A stretch of 64,000 bases of DNA from Auanema rhodensis. Its lineage: Eukaryota > Animalia > Nematoda. How positions within the stretch are numbered: position 1 is the first letter of the stretch; the number at the start of each line of letters is the position of its first letter. This document shows, piece by piece, positions 53,713-64,000 of this stretch. The stretch lies in NCBI GenBank assembly GCA_964057225.1, contig OZ059900.1:16182001-16246000 (forward strand). Direction: 5' to 3'. The notes under the pieces are model-generated. The model was not told the origin of the DNA. It made no database searches and worked only from the letters and a program-made list of their open reading frames with translations. A program made the translations under genes and the position numbers.

Positions 53713-56700
53713 GCGTGTTACATACTAAAATGAAGCATTTTACATGCTGAACACTAGAAAAATACAAAAACACAGTATTTCCCATGAGAAATATTTTATT
53801 ATGCTGGAAAACCAGTTTTTGGAAATTTCGCTGTAAACAAGGTTTTGACTTACGATTTCATGTGTTCAAACTCATGCAATGTCAATGAAACCTAGCTCAA
53901 AATTGTTCGTACAACGTCTAGTTCCACTTTCACGACAAAAAAACAGGGGTTAGAAAATTAAGGAAATTAGCATATTCTGAGGGCACGCCCCTTATGGCTA
54001 ATATTGATTAAATCGATTTTTGTTCATATGAGTCGTCAAATGCAACGAATTTCAGCGTGTTACATACTAAAATGAAGCATTTTACATGCTGAAAACTAGA
54101 AAAATACAAAAACACAGTATTTCCCATGAGAAATATTTTATTATGCTGGAAAACCAGTTTTTGGAAATTTCGCTGTAAACAAGGTTTTGACTTACGATTT
54201 CATGTGTTCAAACTCATGCAATGTCAATGAAACCTAGCTCAAAATTGTTCGTACAACGTCTAGTTCCACTTTCACGACAAAAAAACAAGGGTTAGAAAAT
54301 TAAGGAAATTAGCATATTCTGAGGGCACGCCCCTTATGGCTAATATTGATTAAATCGATTTTGGTTCATATGAGTCGTCAAATGCAACGAATTTCAGCGT
54401 GTTACATACTAAAATGAAGCATTTTACATGCTGAACACTAGAAAAATACAAAAACACAGTATTTCCCATGAGAAATATTTTATTATGCTGGAAAACCAGT
54501 TTTTGGAAATTTCGCTGTAAACAAGGTTTTGACTTACGATTTCATGTGTTCAAACTCATGCAATGTCAATGAAACCTAGCTCAAAATTGTTCGTACAACG
54601 TCTAGTTCCACTTTCACGACAAAAAAACAGGGGTTAGAAAATTAAGGAAATTAGTATATTCTGAGGGCACGCCCCTTATGGCTAATATTGATTAAATCGA
54701 TTTTTGTTCATATGAGTCGTCAAATGCAACGAATTTCAGCGTGTTACATACTAAAATGAAGCATTTTACATGCTGAACACTAGAAAAAAACAAAAACACA
54801 GTATTTCCCATGAGAAATATTTTATTATGCTGGAAAACCAGTTTTTGGAAATTTCGCTGTAAACAAGGTTTTGACTTACGATTTCATGTGTTCAAACTCA
54901 TGCAATGTCAATGAAACTTAGCTCAAAATTGTTCGTACAACGTCTAGTTCCACTTTCACGACAAAAAACAGGGATTAGAAAATTAAGGAAATTAGTATAT
55001 TCTGAGGGCACGTCCCTTATGGCTAATATTGATTAAATCGATTTTTGTTCATATGAGTCGTCAAATGCAACGAATTTCAGCGTGTTACATACTAAAATGA
55101 AGCATTTTACATGCTGAACACTAGAAAAAAACAAAAACACAGTATTTCCCATGAGAAATATTTTATTATGCTGGAAAACCAGTTTTTGGAAATTTCGCTG
55201 TAAACAAGGTTTTGACTTACGATTTCATGTGTTCAAACTCATGCAATGTCAATGAAACTTAGCTCAAAATTGTTCGTACAACGTCTAGTTCCACTTTCAC
55301 GACAAAAAAACAGGGGTTAGAAAATTAAGGAAATTAGCATATTCTGAGGGCACGCCCCTTATGGCTAATATTGATTAAATCGATTTTTGTTCATATGAGT
55401 CGTCAAATGCAACGAATTTCAGCGTGTTACATACTAAAATGAAGCATTTTACATGCTGAACACTAGAAAAATACAAAAACACAGTATTTCCCATGAGAAA
55501 TATTTTATTATGCTGGAAAACCAGTTTTTGGAAATTTCGCTGTAAACAAGGTTTTGACTTACGATTTCATGTGTTCAAACTCATGCAATGTCAATGAAAC
55601 CTAGCTCAAAATTGTTCGTACAACGTCTAGTTCCACTTTGACGACAAAAAAACAAGGGTTAGAAAATTAAGGAAATTAGCATATTCTGAGGGCACGCCCC
55701 TTATGGCTAATATTGATTAAATCGATTTTTGTTCATATGAGTCGTCAAATGCAACGAATTTCAGCGTGTTACATACTAAAATGAAGCATTTTACATGCTG
55801 AACACTAGAAAAATACAAAAACACAGTATTTCCCATGAAAAATATTTTATTATGCTGGAAAACCAGTTTTTGGAAATTTCGCTGTAAACAAGGTTTTGAC
55901 TTACGATTTCATGTGTTCAAACTCATGCAATGTCAATGAAACCTAGCTCAAAATTGTTCGTACAACGTCTAGTTCCACTTTCACGACAAAAAAACAGGGG
56001 TTAGAAAATTAAGGAAATTAGTATATTCTGAGGGCACGCCCCTTATGGCTAATATTGATTAAATCGATTTTTGTTCATATGAGTCGTCAAATGCAACGAA
56101 TTTCAGCGTGTTACATACTAAAATGAAGCATTTTACATGCTGAACACTAGAAAAAAACAAAAACACAGTATTTCCCATGAGAAATATTTTATTATGCTGG
56201 AAAACCAGTTTTTGGAAATTTCGCTGTAAACAAGGTTTTGACTTACGATTTCATGTGTTCAAACTCATGCAATGTCAATGAAACTTAGCTCAAAATTGTT
56301 CGTACAACGTCTAGTTCCACTTTCACGACAAAAAAACAGGGGTTAGAAAATTAAGGAAATTAGCATATTCTGAGGGCACGCCCCTTATGGCTAATATTGA
56401 TTAAATCGATTTTTGTTCATATGAGTCGTCAAATGCAACGAATTTCAGCGTGTTACATACTAAAATGAAGCATTTTACATGCTGAACACTAGAAAAATAC
56501 AAAAACACAGTATTTCCCATGAGAAATATTTTATTATGCTGGAAAACCAGTTTTTGGAAATTTCGCTGTAAACAAGGGTTTGACTTACGATTTCATGTGT
56601 TCAAACTCATGCAATGTCAATGAAACCTAGCTCAAAATTGTTCGTACAACGTCTAGTTCCACTTTCACGACAAAAAAACAGGGGTTAGAAAATTAAGGAA

Positions 56701-58852
56701 ATTAGCATATTCTGAGGGCACGCCCCTTATGGCTAATATTGATTAAATCGATTTTTGTTCATATGAGTCGTCAAATGCAACGAATTTCAGCGTGTTACAT
56801 ACTAAAATGAAGCATTTTACATGCTGAACACTAGAAAAAAACAAAAACACAGTATTTCCCATGAGAAATATTTTATTATGCTGGAAAACCAGTTTTTGGA
56901 AATTTCGCTGTAAACAAGGTTTTGACTTACGATTTCATGTGTTCAAACTCATGCAATGTCAATGAAACTTAGCTCAAAATTGTTCGTACAACGTCTAGTT
57001 CCACTTTCACGACAAAAAAACAGGGTTTAGAAAATTAAGGAAATTAGCATATTCTGAGGGCACGCCCCTTATGGCTAATATTGATTAAATCGATTTTTGT
57101 TCATATGAGTCGTCAAATGCAACGAATTTCAGCGTGTTACATACTAAAATGAAGCATTTTACATGCTGAACACTAGAAAAATACAAAAACACAGTATTTC
57201 CCATGAGAAATATTTTATTATGCTGGAAAACCAGTTTTTGGAAATTTCGCTGTAAACAAGGGTTTGACTTACGATTTCATGTGTTCAAACTCATGCAATG
57301 TCAATGAAACCTAGCTCAAAATTGTTCGTACAACGTCTAGTTCCACTTTCACGACAAAAAAACAGGGGTTAGAAAATTAAGGAAATTAGCATATTCTGAG
57401 GGCACGCCCCTTATGGCTAATATTGATTAAATCGATTTTTGTTCATATGAGTCGTCAAATGCAACGAATTTCAGCGTGTTACATACTAAAATGAAGCATT
57501 TTACATGCTGAACACTAGAAAAATACAAAAACACAGTATTTCCCATGAGAAATATTTTATTATGCTGGAAAACCAGTTTTTGGAAATTTCGCTGTAAACA
57601 AGGTTTTGACTTACGATTTCATGTGTTCAAACTCATGCAATGTCAATGAAACCTAGCTCAAAATTGTTCGTACAACGTCTAGTTCCACTTTCACGACAAA
57701 AAAACAAGGGTTAGAAAATTAAGGAAATTAGCATATTCTGAGGGCACGCCCCTTATGGCTAATATTGATTAAATCGATTTTTGTTCATATGAGTCGTCAA
57801 ATGCAACGAATTTCAGCGTGTTACATACTAAAATGAACCATTTTACATGCTGAACACTAGAAAAATACAAAAACACAGTATTTCCCATGAGAAATATTTT
57901 ATTATGCTGGAAAACCAGTTTTTGGAAATTTCGCTGTAAACAAGGTTTTGACTTACGATTTCATGTGTTCAAACTCATGCAATGTCAATGAAACCTAGCT
58001 CAAAATTGTTCGTACAACGTCTAGTTCCACTTTCACGACAAAAAAACAAGGGTTAGAAAATTAAGGAAATTAGCATATTCTGAGGGCACGCCCCTTATGG
58101 CTAATATTGATTAAATCGATTTTTGTTCATATGAGTCGTCAAATGCAACGAATTTCAGCGTGTTACATACTAAAATGAAGCATTTTACATGCTGAACACT
58201 AGAAAAATACAAAAACACAGTATTTCCCATGAGAAATATTTTATTATGCTGGAAAACCAGTTTTTGGAAATTTCGCTGTAAACAAGGTTTTGACTTACGA
58301 TTTCATGTGTTCAAACTCATGCAATGTCAATGAAACCTAGCTCAAAATTGTTCGTACAACGTCTAGTTCCACTTTCACGACAAAAAAACAGGGGTTAGAA
58401 AATTAAGGAAATTAGCATATTCTGAGGGCACGCCCCTTATGGCTAATATTGATTAAATCGATTTTTGTTCATATGAGTCGTCAAATGCAACGAATTTCAG
58501 CGTGTTACATACTAAAATGAAGCATTTTACATGTTGAACACTAGAAAAATACAAAAACACAGTATTTCCCATGAGAAATATTTTATTATGCTGGAAAACC
58601 AGTTTTTGGAAATTTCGCTGTAAACAAGGTTTTGACTTACGATTTCATGTGTTCAAACTCATGCAATGTCAATGAAACCTAGCTCAAAATTGTTCGTACA
58701 ACGTCTAGTTCCACTTTCACGACAAAAAAACAGGGGTTAGAAAATTAAGGAAATTAGCATATTCTGAGGGCACGCCCCTTATGGCTAATATTGAATAAAT
58801 CGATTTTTGTTCATATGAGTCGTCAAATGCAACGAATTTCAGCGTGTTACAT

Positions 58853-58929
58853 GTTTTTTTTTTGTTTTTTTTTCTGTTTTTTTTTCTGTTTTTTCTGTTT
58901 TTTTTTTCTGTTTTTTTGTCGTGAAAGTG
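58853..58929. other. Inversion junction insert: G-T10-G-T9-CTG-T9-CTG-T6-CTG-T10, then the reverse complement of monomer p213-234
   Basis: Read directly. 58908-58929 (CTGTTTTTTTGTCGTGAAAGTG) is the reverse complement of CACTTTCACGACAAAAAAACAG. AGTG at 58926-58929 is shared with the start of the right arm. Confidence 0.95.
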
Positions 58930-61900
58930 TTCAGCATGTAAAATGCTTCATTTTAGTATGTAACACGCTGAAATTCGTTGCATTTGACGACTCATATGAA
59001 CAAAAATCGATTTAATCAATATTAGCCATAAGGGGCGTGCCCTCAGAATATGCTAATTTCCTTAATTTTCTAACCCCTGTTTTTTTGTCGTGAAAGTGGA
59101 ACTAGACGTTGTACGAACAATTTTAAGCTAGGTTTCATTGACATTGCATGAGTTTGAACACATGAAATCGTAAGTCAAAACCTTGTTTACAGCGAAATTT
59201 CCAAAAACTGGTTTTCCAGCATAATAAAATATTTCTCATGGGAAATACTGTGTTTTTGTATTTTTCTAGTGTTCAGCTTGTAAAATGCTTCATTTTAGTA
59301 TGTAACACGCTGAAATTCGTTGCATTTGACGACTCATATGAACAAAAATCGATTTAATCAATATTAGCCATAAGGGGCGTGCCCTCAGAATATGCTAATT
59401 TCCTTAATTTTCTAACCCCTGTTTTTTTGTCGTGAAAGTGGAACTAGACGTTGTACGAACAATTTTGAGCTAGGTTTCATTGACATTGCATGAGTTTGAA
59501 CACAAGAAAAAGTAAGTCAAAACCTTGTTTACAGCGAAATTTCCAAAAACTGGTTTTCCAGCATAATAAAATATTTCTCATGGGAAATACTGTGTTTTTG
59601 TATTTTTCTAGTGTTCAGCATGTAAAATGCTTCATTTTAGTATGTAACACGCTGAAATTCGTTGCATTTGACGACTCATATGAACAAAAATCGATTTAAT
59701 CAATATTAGCCATAAGGGGCGTGCCCTCAGAATATGCTAATTTCCTTAATTTTCTAACCCCTGTTTTTTTGTCGTGAAAGTGGAACTAGACGTTGTACGA
59801 ACAATTTTGAGCTAGGTTTCATTGACATTGCATGAGTTTGAACACATGAAATCGTAAGTCAAAACCTTGTTTACAGCGAAATTTCCAAAAACTGGTTTTC
59901 CAGCATAATAAAATATTTCACATGGGAAATACTGTGTTTTTGTATTTTTCTAGTGTTCAGCATGTAAAATGCTTCATTTTAGTATGTAACACGCTGAAAT
60001 TCGTTGCATTTGACGACTCATATGAACAAAAATCGATTTAATCAACATTAGGCATAAGGGGCGTGCCCTCAGAATATGCTAATTTCCTTAATTTTCTAAC
60101 CCCTGTTTTTTTGTCGTGAAAGTGGAACTAGACGTTGTACGAACAAATTTGAGCTAGGTTTCATTGACATTGCATGAGTTTGAACACATGAAATCGTAAG
60201 TCAAAACCTTGTTTACAGCGAAATTTCCAAAAACTGGTTTTCCAGCATAATAAAATATTTCTCATGGGAAATACTGTGTTTTTGTATTTTTCTAGTGTTC
60301 AGCATGTAAAATGCTTCATTTTAGTATGTAACACGCTGAAATTCGTTGCATTTGACGACTCATATGAACAAAAATCGATTTAATCAATATTAGCCATAAG
60401 GGGCGTGCCCTCAGAATATGCTAATTTCCTTAATTTTCTAACCCCTGTTTTTTTGTCGTGAAAGTGGAACTAGACGTTGTACGAACAATTTTGAGCTAGG
60501 TTTCATTGACATTGCATGAGTTTGAACACATGAAATCGTAAGTCAAAACCTTGTTTACAGCGAAATTTCCAAAAACTGGTTTTCCAGCATAATAAAATAT
60601 TTCTCATGGGAAATACTGTGTTTTTGTATTTTTCTAGTGTTCAGCATGTAAAATGCTTCATTTTAGTATGTAACACGCTGAAATTCGTTGCATTTGACGA
60701 CTCATATGAACAAAAATCGATTTAATCAATATTAGCCATAAGGGGCGTGCCCTCAGAATATGCTAATTTCCTTAATTTTCTAACCCCTGTTTTTTTGTCG
60801 TGAAAGTGGAACTAGACGTTGTACAAACAATTTTGAGCTAGGTTTCATTGACATTGCATGAGTTTGAACACATGAAATCGTAAGTCAAAACCTTGTTTAC
60901 AGCGAAATTTCCAAAAACTGGTTTTCCAGCATAATAAAATATTTCTCATGAGAAATACTGTGTTTTTGTATTTTTCTAGTGTTCAGCATGTGAAATGCTT
61001 CATTTTAGTATGTAACACGCTGAAATTCGTTGCATTTGACGACTCATATGAACAAAAATCGATTTAATCAATATTAGCCATAAGGGGCGTGCCCTCAGAA
61101 TATGCTAATTTCCTTAATTTTCTAACCCCTGTTTTTTTGTCGTGAAAGTGGAACTAGACGTTGTACGAACAATTTTGAGCTAAGTTTCATTGACATTGCA
61201 TGAGTTTGAACACATGAAATCGTAAGTCAAAACCTTGTTTACAGCGAAATTTCCAAAAACTGGTTTTCCAGCATAATAAAATATTTCTTATGGGAAATAC
61301 TGTGTTTTTGTTTTTTTCTAGTGTTCAGCATGTAAAATGCTTCATTTTAGTATGTAACACGCTGAAATTCGTTGCATTTGACGACTCATATGAACAAAAA
61401 TCGATTTAATCAATATTAGCCATAAGGGGCGTGCCCTCAGAATATGCTAATTTCCTTAATTTTCTAACCCCTGTTTTTTTGTCGTGAAAGTGGAACTAGA
61501 CGTTGTACGAACAATTTTGAGCTACGTTTCATTGATATTGCATGAGTTTGAACACATGAAATCGTAAGTCAAAACCTTGTTTACAGCGAAATTTCCAAAA
61601 ACTGGTTTTCCAGCATAATAAAATATTTCTCATGGGAAATACTGTGTTTTTGTATTTTTCTAGTGTTCAGCTTGTAAAATGCTTCATTTTAGTATGTAAC
61701 ACGCTGAAATTCGTTGCATTTGACGACTCATATGAACAAAAATCGATTTAATCAATATTAGCCATAAGGGGCGTGCCCTCAGAATATGCTAATTTCCTTA
61801 ATTTTCTAACCCCTGTTTTTTTGTCGTGAAAGTGGAACTAGACGTTGTACGAACAATTTTAAGCTAGGTTTCATTGACATTGCATGAGTTTGAACACATG

Positions 61901-64000
61901 AAATCGTAAGTCAAAACCTTGTTTACAGCGAAATTTCCAAAAACTGGTTTTCCAGCATAATAAAATATTTCTCATGGGAAATACTGTGTTTTTGTATTTT
62001 TCTAGTGTTCAGCTTGTAAAATGCTTCATTTTAGTATGTAACACGCTGAAATTCGTTGCATTTGACGACTCATATGAACAAAAATCGATTTAATCAATAT
62101 TAGCCATAAGGGGCGTGCCCTCAGAATATGCTAATTTCCTTAATTTTCTAACCCCTGTTTTTTTGTCGTGAAAGTGGAACTAGACGTTGTACGAACAATT
62201 TTAAGCTAGGTTTCATTGACATTGCATGAGTTTGAACACATGAAATCGTAAGTCAAAACCTTGTTTACATCGAAATTTCCAAAAACTGGTTTTCCAGCAT
62301 AATAAAATATTTCTCATGGGAAATACTGTGTTTTTGTATTGTTCTAGTGTTCAGCATGTAAAATGCTTCATTTTAGTATGTAACACGCTGAAATTCGTTG
62401 CATTTGACGACTCATATGAACAAAAATCGATTTAATCAATATTAGCCATAAGGGGCGTGCCCTCAGAATATGCTTATTTCCTTAATTTTCTAACCCCTGT
62501 TTTTTTGTCGTGAAAGTGGAACTAGACGTTGTACGAACAATTTTAAGCTAGGTTTCATTGACATTGCATGAGTTTGAACACATGAAATCGTAAGTCAAAA
62601 CCTTGTTTACAGCGAAATTTCCAAAAACTGGTTTTCCAGCATAATAAAATATTTCTCATGGGAAATACTGTGTTTTTGTATTTTTCTAGTGTTCAGCATG
62701 TAAAATGCTTCATATTAGTATGTAACACGCTGAAATTCGTTGCATTTGACGACTCATATGAACAAAAATCGATTTAATCAATATTAGCCATAAGGGGCGT
62801 GCCCTCAGAATATGCTAATTTCCTTAATTTTCTAACCCCTGTTTTTTTGTCGTGAAAGTGGAACTAGACGTTGTACGAACAATTTTGAGCTAAGTTTCAT
62901 TGACATTGCATGAGTTTGAACACATGAAATCGTAAGTCAAAACCTTGTTTACAGCGAAATTTCCAAAAACTGGTTTTCCAGCATAATAAAATATTTCTCA
63001 TGGGAAATACTGTGTTTTTGTTTTTTTCTAGTGTTCAGCATGTAAAATGCTTCATTTTAGTATGTAACACGCTGAAATTCGTTGCATTTGACGACTCATA
63101 TGAACAAAAATCGATTTAATCAATATTAGCCATAAGGGGCGTGCCCTCAGAATATGCTAATTTCCTTAATTTTCTAACCCCTGTTTTTTTGTCGTGAAAG
63201 TGGAACTAGACGTTGTACGAACAATTTTGAGCTACGTTTCATTGACATTGCATGAGTTTGAACACATGAAATCGTAAGTCAAAACCTTGTTTACAGCGAA
63301 ATTTCCAAAAACTGGTTTTCCAGCATAATAAAATATTTCTCATGGGAAATACTGTGTTTTTGTATTTTTCTAGTGTTCAGCTTGTAAAATGCTTCATTTT
63401 AGTATGTAACACGCTGAAATTCGTTGCATTTGACGACTCATATGAACAAAAATCGATTTAATCAATATTAGCCATAAGGGGCGTGCCCTCAGAATATGCT
63501 AATTTCCTTAATTTTCTAACCCCTGTTTTTTTGTCGTGAAAGTGGAACTAGACGTTGTACGAACAATTTTAAGCTAGGTTTCATTGACATTGCATGAGTT
63601 TGAACACATGAAATCGTAAGTCAAAACCTTGTTTACAGCGAAATTTCCAAAAACTGGTTTTCCAGCATAATAAAATATTTCTCATGGGAAATACTGTGTT
63701 TTTGTATTTTTCTAGTGTTCAGCTTGTAAAATGCTTCATTTTAGTATGTAACACGCTGAAATTCGTTGCATTTGACGACTCATATGAACAAAAATCGATT
63801 TAATCAATATTAGCCATAAGGGGCGTGCCCTCAGAATATGCTAATTTCCTTAATTTTCTAACCCCTGTTTTTTTGTCGTGAAAGTGGAACTAGACGTTGT
63901 ACGAACAATTTTAAGCTAGGTTTCATTGACATTGCATGAGTTTGAACACATGAAATCGTAAGTGAAAACCTTGTTTACATCGAAATTTCCAAAAACTGGT
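58926..64000 (-). repeat. Same 342-bp satellite in inverted orientation (right arm): p43-p1, then 14 full monomers from 58969, then a 244-bp partial
   Basis: Reverse complement of the monomer. TGTAACACGC ends at 58968, 59310, 61020 and 62730, an exact 342-bp period with no indels seen. Confidence 0.99.
61021..64000 (-). repeat. 5-monomer higher-order repeat in the inverted arm (period 1710 bp)
   Basis: The series C180T+T51A | C180G+T33A | C186T+T33A | C186T+C119A starts at 61021 and again at 62731. The second copy is truncated by the window end. Confidence 0.85.

Larger units (their letters stand above)
1..58852 (+). repeat. Tandem satellite DNA array, 342-bp monomer, 172 full copies + 11 bp (left arm)
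   Basis: GCGTGTTACATACTAAAATG recurs at 1, 343, 685, 1027 ... 58500, 58842. 172 x 342 = 58824; the extra 17 bp is fully explained by 17 A8 alleles, 4 A6 alleles and one 4-bp duplication. Strand assignment is arbitrary. Confidence 0.99.

Noticed and set aside
58853-58917. LINE/SINE poly(A) tail or terminator
   Set aside because: No element body or target-site duplication is visible, and the CTG interruptions match the adjacent satellite motif.
58921-58935. 173-bp deletion as a spliced intron in a retro-copied satellite transcript
   Set aside because: The minus-orientation monomer has an acceptor-like TTTTTCTAG, but no placement across the microhomology gives GT...AG on either strand (closest are GT...TA and TG...AG).
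58791-59015. 74-aa ORF with FFFC repeats
   Set aside because: It is a chance read-through of satellite into the poly-T junction insert and then inverted satellite. It has a TTG start, low complexity and no gene context.
59490-59699. 69-aa ORF in the inverted arm
   Set aside because: It is open only because a private T>A at 59505 removes the TGA present in all other monomers. It is pure satellite sequence.
1-64000. CRISPR array or other repeat-spacer system
   Set aside because: There are no unique spacers. The entire 342-bp unit is repeated and no cas or other genes are present.
58853-64000. Fold-back (hairpin) read artefact as the cause of the inversion
   Set aside because: The arms carry different, non-mirrored variants and the right arm has its own 5-mer HOR. 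A misjoin cannot be fully excluded without reads.

Overview
The whole window is one eukaryotic satellite DNA family: an AT-rich 342-bp monomer (about 34% GC by hand count; a consensus-type copy is at 1369-1710) repeated head-to-tail. Most copies carry only 0-6 substitutions relative to consensus. Bases 1-58852 hold 172 full monomers plus 11 bp in one orientation. Bases 58926-64000 hold the same satellite in the opposite orientation (43 bp + 14 full monomers + 244 bp). The one discrete structural event is the strand-switch junction at about 58853-58929. It consists of an iterated (CTG)T6-10 insertion copied from the monomer's own A7-CAG motif, a 22-bp monomer fragment, and a 173-bp jump across a 4-bp microhomology. 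Diagnostic SNPs show nested higher-order repeats (HORs: 2-, 4-, 5-, 6- and about 8-mers), multi-kb block duplications and recombinant monomers. The monomer is rich in dyad symmetries and has a CENP-B-box-like 17-mer and a faint 171-bp half-period. No credible protein-coding gene, RNA gene, transposon or CRISPR array is present. A (peri)centromeric location is plausible but is inference, and I could not name the family or organism. Monomer positions (p) are numbered as window bases 1-342. Variant calls were made by eye.
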